Part shown: in pieces, positions 33,969 through 42,661 of the stretch
Layout: each line of letters opens with the position of its first letter
Numbering within the stretch: the stretch's first letter is position 1
Assembly: GCA_965215265.1 (NCBI GenBank)
Contig: OZ244048.1
Location: 480,001-544,000 of the forward strand
Length of the DNA stretch: 64,000 bases
Source: Candidatus Poribacteria bacterium
Lineage (GTDB): Bacteria; Poribacteria; WGA-4E; WGA-3G
Reading direction: 5' to 3'
Position numbers and translations under genes: made by a program
The notes under the pieces: generated by a model
The model's input: the letters and a program-made list of their open reading frames with translations, nothing else
Told to the model about the DNA's origin: nothing
Database searches by the model: none

Positions 33969-35144
33969 ATGCTCAAAGCACTCACCTTCCTCGGCCTTGG
34001 AGGATACAAGGACACAACCTATATCAAGCATGATGATAAACAGAGTATGTGTAAAACTGATCTATTTCCTCAAGCCGTTGCCGAGTTATATCAGCCAAAT
34101 CTGCTCATCGCTTTTATTACCGAAAGCGTCAAAATAAAAAAACATGTCGATATTACACGCCTCACCGAGCAACTCGGAGGTAAATTTCGTACAGAGGATA
34201 TTCCTAATGGAAACTCACCAGAGGAACTTTGGGAGATTTTTGAAACCTGCGCAGCTGCAGTCGACGATAGGGATGAAATTATTCTCGATATTACGCATGC
34301 ATTTCGTTCAATTCCACTGCTCGTTTTCATCGTTGCTGCATACTTACGACAAGTCAAGCAGGTCACACTCAAGCATATCATCTACGGCGCGTTTGAGGCA
34401 CGAGATCAAAACAATCAAACGCCCATTTTTGACTTAACGCCATTTGTGGAACTGCTCGATTGGATGAACGCCGTTAACGTCTTCCAACGGTCCGGAGATG
34501 CACGTCCAATCGCCGACTTAGATACACACGACGATATTGGGAAAGTCCTTACAGATATGTCCGAGGCACTTCTTACAAATCGAACCCTGGAGGCTCAACA
34601 CGCGGCCTTCAGCTTTAACCAATTGAATCTCTTACAAAACACGCCCAGTCAACCCCCATTCGGTATGTTAATAAAAGGGTTGCAGGATAGCTACGCATCT
34701 TTTGCTGTTTACGAACCGCGCAAGCATCCTCGACAAAGCCTCAAAAAGCAGCATGAGCAAATCAGGTGGTACATTGAAAACCAACACTATCTCCAAGCCA
34801 TAACCCTGATTCGCGAATGGTTAATATCGTGGGAATGCATTCAACAAAATCGAGGAGATTGGTTGAGTCGAGACAGCAGGCAAAGAGCTGAAAAAGCATT
34901 AGGACAACGCACAGAACAGCAATCATCACAACTCGCGACAGGACTCGCGTCACTCGCTTCCAATGCGACGACTACCCAACTCTGGGCGCAATGCGCTGAT
35001 ATCCGAAACGATCTTGCCCACTGTGGAATGCGCCACAAACCACAAAAAGCCAGAGAGGCAATTCGAGCCATTAATGAGCTTTTCAGTAAATTTGAGGATT
35101 TTGTGAACAAAAATTTGGTATACCCGCCGAGCAGATCTGCTTGA
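33969..35144 (+). CDS. csx1: CARF-HEPN ancillary ribonuclease, Csx1 / DxTHG family
   Basis: TFLG, DITHAFRSIP (DxTHG-like CARF motif), YGAFE, DLTPF...DW, HEPN RxxxxH motif RNDLAH. Confidence 0.9.
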   Translation: MLKALTFLGLGGYKDTTYIKHDDKQSMCKTDLFPQAVAELYQPNLLIAFITESVKIKKHVDITRLTEQLGGKFRTEDIPNGNSPEELWEIFETCAAAVDDRDEIILDITHAFRSIPLLVFIVAAYLRQVKQVTLKHIIYGAFEARDQNNQTPIFDLTPFVELLDWMNAVNVFQRSGDARPIADLDTHDDIGKVLTDMSEALLTNRTLEAQHAAFSFNQLNLLQNTPSQPPFGMLIKGLQDSYASFAVYEPRKHPRQSLKKQHEQIRWYIENQHYLQAITLIREWLISWECIQQNRGDWLSRDSRQRAEKALGQRTEQQSSQLATGLASLASNATTTQLWAQCADIRNDLAHCGMRHKPQKAREAIRAINELFSKFEDFVNKNLVYPPSRSA

Positions 35145-35283
35145 AAATACACCAACATTCCTCTCTCCATCAAGGCGAAGGAAGTTCTGATAATTTTTTA
35201 AACCTTTTTGTAAGAAAGAACGTCTTAACCATCATATAGTAAGCATATAATAGAACCAGTTTGTAAGAAAGAAACGAAAGACC

Positions 35284-35314
35284 TTGACAAAAAAAAAGAA
35301 AGATAAGGTATAAT
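35284..35314 (+). promoter_or_regulatory. Putative promoter of the mini-array
   Basis: TTGACA (35284)-19 bp including a 9-A tract-TATAAT (35309); spacing is longer than optimal. Confidence 0.6.
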
Positions 35315-35390
35315 TTAATCGAAACCAGTTTTGTAATGAAAGAACGTCTTAATCATAGAATCGTAAGCATTTAATCGAAACCAGTTTGGA

Positions 35391-35450
35391 ATTGAAAATT
35401 GTTGTGTTGTTTAATGCAATGCTGCATCTCTCTAATCGAACCAGTTTGGA
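35391..35450 (+). ncRNA. Predicted mature regulatory guide RNA (5' handle AUUGAAAA + 30-nt spacer + 3' repeat part)
   Basis: Inferred Cas6 cuts in the flanking degenerate repeats; spacer 35399-35428 matches 35517-35533 at 15/17. Confidence 0.65.
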
Positions 35451-35482
35451 AATTTACATAATCTTTAATTCTTAAAAAAAAT

Positions 35483-35533
35483 TTGACAATCTGTTTTTTT
35501 TATTATATAATATCCATTGTTATGTTGATTAAT
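35483..35533 (+). promoter_or_regulatory. Consensus sigma70 promoter with predicted Cascade-binding site over its start site
   Basis: TTGACA 35483-35488, 17 bp, TATAAT 35506-35511; CCA 35514-35516 followed by TTGTTATGTTGATTAAT 35517-35533. Confidence 0.85.
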
Positions 35534-35565
35534 AACACAAAAAATTTAAAGGAGGTAATTAAGGA

Positions 35566-35988
35566 ATGATTTCCAGAATACAACTTATTAGACAATTGGT
35601 TGACGCTTGGAGGCAGTGCACTCATTTCGAGGGGACGATCGTGTCTAATGTAGATAGGATCAACAATGTCCCTAACCAACTCACCGAACTCGGAGTCGAC
35701 TATCTAATACCGCACTTGTTGGTAAATGAAAAATTGCAAGCCTTCGTATTCAAGGCGGAATTGGGAATGAAAAACCCAATCCAGGTCGTAGAAATTTATC
35801 ACGACATGCATCCACGAGGAACAGAATGGCGGGTACCACAAGCACAATTTGCTTTACGGTTGGATGAAGATTTAGCCGCGGGTGTGTCTGATGGCGTTGT
35901 AGTCACAGATTTCGTAGTTCCGTCCGGACAAACGGCTACCCTGGAAATAGAACGTGGATGTTTCATGCTCCCTAAGCTACCCTCTTAG
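35566..35988 (+). CDS. Hypothetical 140-aa protein, candidate CRISPR-repressed toxin or effector
   Basis: Intact ORF with AAGGAGGT RBS and its own consensus promoter; no family recognised. Confidence 0.75.
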   Translation: MISRIQLIRQLVDAWRQCTHFEGTIVSNVDRINNVPNQLTELGVDYLIPHLLVNEKLQAFVFKAELGMKNPIQVVEIYHDMHPRGTEWRVPQAQFALRLDEDLAAGVSDGVVVTDFVVPSGQTATLEIERGCFMLPKLPS

Positions 35989-36014
35989 CTTGTCATGCCC
36001 TTTTACGATTTTTC

Positions 36015-36043
36015 TGGACTTATGACGATAAAAATGGTATAAT
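36015..36043 (+). promoter_or_regulatory. Putative promoter of the type I operon
   Basis: TGGACT-17 bp-TATAAT with extended TG. Confidence 0.6.
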
Positions 36044-36083
36044 ATATATAAGTTATTATTTGTTTTCCAAAGGAGGAATTGAG

Positions 36084-36320
36084 ATGGAAGAACAATTAGA
36101 GTTTAATCTGCAAGATTCACAACCGGTGAACATGCCACAATTGGTACTGGAACTAACGGGGAACCCCTGGACCGATTTTGGCATCGTTAGCCTCTGCCAG
36201 GACTTATCCTCCTCTGCACCTTAACTAATGAACCGTCAAGGAAAAACGCGAAAAATAGAAATTCCATTTAAAGAAATTCAAGCCCCTTACACTTTTGACA
36301 TTGGACTCGAATTTGGGTAG
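36084..36320 (+). pseudogene. Remnant of a second cas8 5' end followed by a possible cas3 3' end
   Basis: AAGGAGG RBS; 36084-36224 encodes ...LELTGNPWTDFGIVSLC..., similar to the intact Cas8b KLMGNPFVDAGVCGIC. In-frame 36228-36320 ends EIQAPYTFDIGLEFG*, weakly similar to the Cas3 end IKVTYDETLGL. Confidence 0.55.
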
Positions 36321-36488
36321 GAAATTCGCTTGCTTGAATCCCCGAAATCACTCTCTGGTATTAAGGAATTTAAAACTATGATCATTATTAACCAATTCTC
36401 CGAATGTCGTGACATCAAATTTTTACACGCTTTTGATGCAGCAAAAAATTCACGACGTACCTACACCCTTTGAAAGGAGGCAATCGCT

Positions 36489-37901
36489 GTGCCAATCTAC
36501 GAAAAACTCATGGGCAACCCATTTGTCGACGCAGGAGTCTGCGGAATCTGTGAATGGTTGGGGCGCACAGTCCAACCGGAGCAAATTACCACAGCTGACC
36601 TTCAAAAGGTTGTTGAGGAAGTCGTTCCGATTATGAAACCGTTCGATAAAAAAAGACCTGAAGCACACGGTTGGAAAAATTGGGTTTCCATCTTCACAAC
36701 AAATCACCCGTTAACAAACCCATCTAGAAAAAGTAATCGGGTTGCAGATTTTAAAGCGCAGCTCCTTAACCACATTACTAACATGGAGGCCCTCGGCCAA
36801 ATCGGTAACTGTATAGGATGTGGAAGACGCGAGGCCAACACATGGTTATCAAGAATAGGTGTACCACTGACCGGATCAGGAACCTTGCGGAATTTTTTTC
36901 CAGTCTTTGATGAGGGAGCAGGCTACTGCTCTGCGTGTGCCTTTGCAATTCAGATGTCACCGCTTGCTTTTGTCGCCTCTGGTGGTAGGTTTCTTATACT
37001 TCACTCCAACTTTTGGGAAGCTCTAAGAATGTGGGCACGAAAATGCGTAACAGATGTTCGGCAACAACAACTCAGGCGAGAGATTACTGGATGTTTTAAC
37101 CCCGGCTACTCGAATCCACGAAACGGATTATTTTTCATGACCCAAGAAATGGTTCAATTGGAGGAGAGACGCCCGGATGCAAATGTATCCATGCAGGTCT
37201 ACTGTTTTACAAACTTTGGACAGAGCCCAGCCCTAGAGGTGTTCTATATGCCTGCCCCCATTTTCCGCTTTTTGAGATTCGCTTATCAAAAAGAATTCAT
37301 AACCGCATGGCAGGAAATCGTCAGAAGTGGTTACTATAACGTGAATTGGAATAAAGTTAAATCTGAGGAAGATTATAAAAACCGGACGAACCGTGTGTAC
37401 GAGTCCCTGCTCCAGGGACAATCCATTCTCCGGTCCTTTTTAAATCTACGTGCTCGAAAACCGAGAGGAAATTGGAAATTGCTTTCTCTCTATTTAAAGG
37501 AGGTTAGAACTATGGAACAAGCCAAACTTGATAAAATCAAGCAGGTCGCTGATCTCATCGCCGAAAGTATTCGTCAATCTGGACGAGATCGGCGACTGCG
37601 GCAGTTGGAGAACGCCAGAAATTACCGCGAATGCCGTAACGTGCTGCGCTTTGTTATTCGTGACAGAATTTCGCAAGAGGCTAAAGAACCGCTTTTCTCA
37701 CTCGAGGATTACATTCAATATCTTTTTCCAACGAGTGATAACATGACATTTTGGACCGAAACACGTGACTTGCTGCTTTTCCGACTCTACGAACAACTCC
37801 ACGATTGGCTGCAGACACAAGGTTTTGTTGATTTTGATGAAGAAGAGCACACAGCCGATACAAACGACGAACTTGAAACCCAAACTACCCAGGAGGACTA
37901 A
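36489..37901 (+). CDS. cas8b: Type I-B large subunit Cas8b (Cst1 / CXXC-CXXC type)
   Basis: GNPFVDAG, CIGC...PLTGS...NFF...CSAC; position before cas7-cas5-cas3; AAGGAGG RBS with GTG start. Confidence 0.88.
   Translation: MPIYEKLMGNPFVDAGVCGICEWLGRTVQPEQITTADLQKVVEEVVPIMKPFDKKRPEAHGWKNWVSIFTTNHPLTNPSRKSNRVADFKAQLLNHITNMEALGQIGNCIGCGRREANTWLSRIGVPLTGSGTLRNFFPVFDEGAGYCSACAFAIQMSPLAFVASGGRFLILHSNFWEALRMWARKCVTDVRQQQLRREITGCFNPGYSNPRNGLFFMTQEMVQLEERRPDANVSMQVYCFTNFGQSPALEVFYMPAPIFRFLRFAYQKEFITAWQEIVRSGYYNVNWNKVKSEEDYKNRTNRVYESLLQGQSILRSFLNLRARKPRGNWKLLSLYLKEVRTMEQAKLDKIKQVADLIAESIRQSGRDRRLRQLENARNYRECRNVLRFVIRDRISQEAKEPLFSLEDYIQYLFPTSDNMTFWTETRDLLLFRLYEQLHDWLQTQGFVDFDEEEHTADTNDELETQTTQED
37512..37901 (+). 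CDS. cas11: Internally translated Cas11 small subunit, in frame within cas8b
   Basis: AAGGAGG at 37497-37503 and in-frame ATG 37512 give a 129-aa helical product MEQAKLDKIKQVADLIA... Confidence 0.7.
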   Translation: MEQAKLDKIKQVADLIAESIRQSGRDRRLRQLENARNYRECRNVLRFVIRDRISQEAKEPLFSLEDYIQYLFPTSDNMTFWTETRDLLLFRLYEQLHDWLQTQGFVDFDEEEHTADTNDELETQTTQED

Positions 37902-37903
37902 CT

Positions 37904-38935
37904 ATGTCTAAACATCTTATTGGACTCACACTGATAGATGCCCCGCATTCCGCACTCAACAACGCGGGCATAGAACCATCCCTAGCCCAAGAAAACATTG
38001 TTGTCGTTAAAAAACTTCAGAAAGGACGAAATACTTACCCCTATGTTTCAGGACAAGCCTGGCGAAACTGGTGGCGGACCACGCTCGAACAAGAATTTGA
38101 GGATTGGAACAACTCGCCTATAGAACGAGAGACAAAAATTGCTTTCACTGCCGCGGATCCTGTCAAGTATGACGACGACGATGTCTTTGGCTACATGCGA
38201 GCACAGAGTCAAATGCAAGGCAAGAAGAAAGTCAATGTAACCGTAACACGTTTATCGCCTCTCAAGTGTTCACCGCTCATTGCCATCGCACCGCAAACAC
38301 CAACCAACGACTGGGGAGTTATGGCACGGCAAGAAGGCAATCCGGTACCTTATGAACATCAATTTTATGCATGCGTACTCCAAGGAATTTTCTCGCTTGA
38401 CCTTAACGCGGTCGGCACATTTTCGGACATCAACAGAACAGGCTATAGGAATATCGCGGACAGTTACGTTCCAACTATTGAAAAAGCAGGCGGAACACAG
38501 GAAAATGAAAATTCACCTTGGATATTGCCAAAGGATATTCGCACACGGCGATGCCAACAAACGCTCCAAACTCTCCCATTACTCAGCGGCGGTGCCAAAC
38601 TCACGTCGCATCTCACCGACGTTACGCCTAAGCTAATCATTCTCTCTATACTTGACGGCGGAAACCACCCCTTCATGAATCTGATAGTTGAGGAGGACGG
38701 GACCGGCAAACTAAGCCTCCCCGCTTTAAGGCAAGTCATGGAGGACTACGCGGACAGATTCCTAGAGCCGATTTACATCGGCAGGCGAACCGGATTCATG
38801 GATAATCTAGACGAATCTCTCAGTCAATTAAAAGACGATACAACCCTGCCATGCGAAGTCGTTTACGATTCGCCAAATCGAGTGATTGCCCAATTGGCGC
38901 AGAAACTCGAAGAACACATCGGAGACACCCCATGA
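37904..38935 (+). CDS. cas7: Type I-B Cas7 (Cst2/DevR family)
   Basis: ALNNAG, YPYVSGQAWRNWWR, DDDVFGYM, TRLSPL, GGAK...TDVTP. Confidence 0.95.
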   Translation: MSKHLIGLTLIDAPHSALNNAGIEPSLAQENIVVVKKLQKGRNTYPYVSGQAWRNWWRTTLEQEFEDWNNSPIERETKIAFTAADPVKYDDDDVFGYMRAQSQMQGKKKVNVTVTRLSPLKCSPLIAIAPQTPTNDWGVMARQEGNPVPYEHQFYACVLQGIFSLDLNAVGTFSDINRTGYRNIADSYVPTIEKAGGTQENENSPWILPKDIRTRRCQQTLQTLPLLSGGAKLTSHLTDVTPKLIILSILDGGNHPFMNLIVEEDGTGKLSLPALRQVMEDYADRFLEPIYIGRRTGFMDNLDESLSQLKDDTTLPCEVVYDSPNRVIAQLAQKLEEHIGDTP

Positions 38936-39693
38936 AGGTAATTCGCGTTCACATCACAAGTTGGGTGGCATCCTTCCGGAATCCGCTATTTATTAGCGGA
39001 TTCCAACCCACACTCGCTATACCACCCCTCTCAACAATCTACGGACTCCTCACTGCAGTCAAAGGCACCTGGGTGACACCCCATCATGCCGCAGTTGGGT
39101 TCGTCTTTCAGAGCAACGGAAAAGCCGTTGACTTAGAAACTGTCTACGAATTCAAAGGTAAATCACGATCAAAAGAAATACGGCTTGATGACGTAAAGCC
39201 CAATATCACTAGACGCGAATTTTTGGTCACACCCAATCTCTTTCTCTATACCCCTGACACATCTCTCAGAGAAACGTTTGAACGCCCGCACTATCCGCTC
39301 CTTTTGGGACGTTCCACAGAGTTAGCAACGGTAGCATCCATAGCAGAAATTGAACTACAGAAAGTCTCACAAACAACGTATCAAGATACCCTGATCCCTT
39401 TTCCACATCCACAGATACATGGACAAGTTCAGGCACTCCCAACCCACTTCACGGCAGAGATCCCACGAAAACCACTCGGCACGCGCGCTTACTGCCTCGT
39501 CACTGAAAAAATTAATTATCAGGGCGAAGCCTACCATGATCCAGAGAAGAACTGGGGTGTCTACCTACATGAACGTATCCCCGGGGATTTCCACGTCCCT
39601 ATTGAGCGAAGTCCACGAACTAGCAAACCTGTTGATAAAGATTTTAATATAGACACTGTCGACGGAGAACAATTGATATTTCCCGGCATCTAA
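38932..39693 (+). CDS. cas5: Type I-B Cas5
   Basis: ASFRNP...QPTLAIPPLSTIYGL, RREFL, LLLGRS; ATGA overlap with cas7. Confidence 0.93.
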   Translation: MKVIRVHITSWVASFRNPLFISGFQPTLAIPPLSTIYGLLTAVKGTWVTPHHAAVGFVFQSNGKAVDLETVYEFKGKSRSKEIRLDDVKPNITRREFLVTPNLFLYTPDTSLRETFERPHYPLLLGRSTELATVASIAEIELQKVSQTTYQDTLIPFPHPQIHGQVQALPTHFTAEIPRKPLGTRAYCLVTEKINYQGEAYHDPEKNWGVYLHERIPGDFHVPIERSPRTSKPVDKDFNIDTVDGEQLIFPGI

Positions 39694-39711
39694 CCGATTG
39701 GAGAAACTGAT

Positions 39712-41955
39712 ATGCCACCACTACTTGCGAAAAGCAACCCAACAGAAACGCTCCTTGGACATACACAGAATTGCATCGCTGTATTCGACAGTCTCCGGGA
39801 ACGGATGCCGTTTCTGGCAGATGTCTCCAAAGAACCAGATTTCTTCGATCACCTCTTCTACACCGTCGCGCTTCACGATTTCGGAAAAGCCACCACCGGG
39901 TTCCAAGAACAACTCACCACGGGCACACGCTGGAATTATCGACACGAAATCCTATCCGCCGGTTTCGTGGCTGGGCTGCAACTGCCACACGCAGCAAAAC
40001 AGGCAATCAGCCTCGCAATTCTTACCCATCATAAGGATATTCAGGCATTAATAGATGGATACCCATGCTTCCCACCTCACAACCCAGGATACAAGACCTG
40101 GAAGCAAAAAATTGCTGAACTCAAGCAAAATTGGGAACCACTTATGGAAATTCAACAGCAGGTCCACCACTGGTACCCGGGACGAAAGTGCCTCTTCGCA
40201 CCAGTACACTCCGTGGAAGCACTGAACAACGGCTATCACGATTTTCTTATACCCTATAAGAACAATTTCGACGACGCAGAATTAACACATTTACACGGCA
40301 CCTACGGGATGCTCCTACGCGGATGCATGATTGCGTGTGACCACCTCGCATCCGCCGGAAAAAATCAAATACACACCGCACTTGAAAACCTAGAAGCACA
40401 ACTCTCGCAGCACCTGAAAGAGAAGATTCAAGGCACCTTTCACGGCTGGGAAGCCTTTCAAGAAGCGACCGCGAAAATAACAGGACAACTGATGCTCTCG
40501 GCTCCCACTGGCTCCGGCAAAACTGAAGCCGCACTCCTCTGGTCCGCTAATAATCAAAACGAAACTTTAGGAAATCGGGTCTTTTACGTACTCCCTTACA
40601 CCGCAAGCATCAACGCCATGTATAAACGCCTCACGGAACTGCTTTCGGACGAAAAAATCGGGATATTGCACGGGAAAGCCAGTTACTTTGTTTATCAAGA
40701 ATTGATAGACAAGGAGCATACCCCCGAAGATGCCGCCCAATCTGCCAAACAGCAACAAGACTTGACACGAAAGATTTGCCGCCCCTACAAGGTCCTGACT
40801 CCCTTTCAGCTGCTAAAAGCATTTTTTGGCATCCGCGGCTTTGAGATGCAAATAGCAGAGATGTCCAAAGGGCTCTTTATCTTCGACGAAATCCACGCGT
40901 ATGACCCGCATACAACCGCCCTCATCTTAACGATGGTCGAGCAGCTCCACCGAGATTATGACGCAAAATTCTGCATCATGACAGCCACTATGCCACAGTT
41001 TCTCAAAAAAATCTTTGCCCAAGCACTCGGGGACCTGCAGCACGTTCAAATGCCGCCCACCGAACGCGATGCATTCACGCGCCATCGCGTTCAGTTACTT
41101 GATGGCTCTCTCCATAATGCAATTCCGCAGATTCAAGAGAAACTGGCACGTAGAAAGCGTGTCTTAGTCGTTTGCAATACCGTTCAGCAGGCACAAACCT
41201 TGTTTGAAGAACTGCAAGCAGTTGCGGATAACCCTCAACTCCTTCACAGCCGCTTTATCCTCAGAGATCGAGAACGCATTGAAAAAGAACTTGAACACGC
41301 AGATCTCCTTGTCGGCACACAGGCAGTAGAAGTCTCACTTGACATCGATTTTGACTGCCTTTTTTCAGAACCCGCACCAATCGATGCACTGATCCAACGC
41401 TTCGGGCGAATCAATAGGAAAGGTCAAAACGGCATCTGTGATGTCTGCATTTGCAAAGAGGGCGGTGCAAACGATCACTTCATCTACTCCAAAACCAAGG
41501 TTGACCTTACCCTAAACGCCTTCGCACCGATCGATGTCTTGCATGAATCTAAAATCCAAGACCTTATTGATGAAGTCTATTCCGCAGGTTACGATGAGAA
41601 AGAGAAGGAAAAGTTTGAAACCGCAAAGCAGCTATTTGAACGACACCTACAAGGGCTCGTACCCTTTATTGAAAATCCGTCAAGTCTGCAAGAATTTTAT
41701 GCACTTTTCAAGAGCATTGAGGTCGTACCAGCGTGTTATGAAGAAGAATTCTGGCAGAAAATTGAGAAGCGCCAGTACTATGAAGCCAAAGCTTACATCA
41801 CCCAAATTAGTCATAACCAATTTGCACGATTGCACAAAGATGGACAACTCTATGAGTGTAAACGCTTTGGACAGTTAGGTCAGTGGTTCATAAAGGTTAC
41901 CTACGATGAAACACTCGGTTTGCTCGTTGATGAACATAGCACGAACATCCTATAA
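39712..41955 (+). CDS. cas3: Cas3 HD nuclease-helicase
   Basis: LAKS...H, LHDFGKA, RHE, CDHLAS, APTGSGKTE, DEIH, TAT, LLHSRF, QRFGRINR. Confidence 0.97.
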   Translation: MPPLLAKSNPTETLLGHTQNCIAVFDSLRERMPFLADVSKEPDFFDHLFYTVALHDFGKATTGFQEQLTTGTRWNYRHEILSAGFVAGLQLPHAAKQAISLAILTHHKDIQALIDGYPCFPPHNPGYKTWKQKIAELKQNWEPLMEIQQQVHHWYPGRKCLFAPVHSVEALNNGYHDFLIPYKNNFDDAELTHLHGTYGMLLRGCMIACDHLASAGKNQIHTALENLEAQLSQHLKEKIQGTFHGWEAFQEATAKITGQLMLSAPTGSGKTEAALLWSANNQNETLGNRVFYVLPYTASINAMYKRLTELLSDEKIGILHGKASYFVYQELIDKEHTPEDAAQSAKQQQDLTRKICRPYKVLTPFQLLKAFFGIRGFEMQIAEMSKGLFIFDEIHAYDPHTTALILTMVEQLHRDYDAKFCIMTATMPQFLKKIFAQALGDLQHVQMPPTERDAFTRHRVQLLDGSLHNAIPQIQEKLARRKRVLVVCNTVQQAQTLFEELQAVADNPQLLHSRFILRDRERIEKELEHADLLVGTQAVEVSLDIDFDCLFSEPAPIDALIQRFGRINRKGQNGICDVCICKEGGANDHFIYSKTKVDLTLNAFAPIDVLHESKIQDLIDEVYSAGYDEKEKEKFETAKQLFERHLQGLVPFIENPSSLQEFYALFKSIEVVPACYEEEFWQKIEKRQYYEAKAYITQISHNQFARLHKDGQLYECKRFGQLGQWFIKVTYDETLGLLVDEHSTNIL

Positions 41956-42138
41956 CCCATCTCCTTGCCTGCTTGTTAATAGTGCTTGCCTTCACCCTAA
42001 TAACAGCTTCCTGTCTTGTTCCGCTGATAAGGACAGAAGAGGGGTTGTGGGCAAAGGCAGTTAGGAGATAGATTTTGACCTATATTAACCTGTCAACATA
42101 TTTTCAATTTCACGATATTACGCCAAGGAGACATACTC

Positions 42139-42648
42139 ATGCAAAATAACGATACAAACCACATCACCGGCACAGCCATCAACTACCTCTATATTTGCAC
42201 CCGTAAACTCTGGTTCTTTCAAAATCATCTTGAGATGGAACATACATCCGAATACGTCCAACTGGGCAAACTCCTACACGACGAAACGTACACCCGCGAA
42301 AAACGGAAAGAATGGCTCATTGACGACATGGTACGAATTGACTTCGTTGACAAAGACGGAATTCTACACGACGTAAAACACGGACCCGCTATGGAAAAAG
42401 CACACACGATGCAGCTCTGTTATTACCTCTACCTCCTTAAACAGAAGGGACTCACCAACCGCAACGGCATCATCAACTATCCACGTCAACGTCGAACTGC
42501 TGAGGTAGAACTCACAACTGAAATGGAGCACGAAGTGGAAAACGCAATCCAACAGGTCAAACAAATTGCCAAATTGCCTACGCCACCGCACGTTGAATAC
42601 ATGAAAATCTGCAAATCATGCAGCTACCAAGAGCTCTGCTGGAGCTAA
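42139..42648 (+). CDS. cas4: Cas4 exonuclease
   Basis: YLYICTRKLWF, GKLLH, RID, QLCYY, CKSCSYQELC Fe-S cluster motif. Confidence 0.96.
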   Translation: MQNNDTNHITGTAINYLYICTRKLWFFQNHLEMEHTSEYVQLGKLLHDETYTREKRKEWLIDDMVRIDFVDKDGILHDVKHGPAMEKAHTMQLCYYLYLLKQKGLTNRNGIINYPRQRRTAEVELTTEMEHEVENAIQQVKQIAKLPTPPHVEYMKICKSCSYQELCWS

Positions 42649-42661
42649 CACGGAGGAAATT

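Larger units (their letters stand above)
35206..35458 (+). CRISPR. Degenerate CRISPR mini-array (crRNA-like regulatory RNA, CreA/CreR-like)
   Basis: Repeat-like units at about 35245-35271, 35313-35342, 35368-35398 (CATTTAATCGAAACCAGTTTGGAATTGAAAA) and 35429-35458, plus a partial one ending 35218. All resemble the array repeat CTTTTAATCGCACCAATTTGGAATCGAAAC. Confidence 0.85.

Noticed and set aside
35566-35583. RNA-only CreT-type toxin (strong SD with early AGA ATA codons)
   Set aside because: The frame stays open for 140 codons and no mini-ORF with a downstream hairpin is seen; a protein product is more likely, though an RNA effect is not excluded.
36001-36029. Gapped similarity of the 26-nt mini-array spacer to the bottom strand of the type I promoter
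   Set aside because: Mismatches at seed positions 2 and 7, a 3-nt bulge is needed, the flank is TTT and the region is AT-rich. At most a decayed target.
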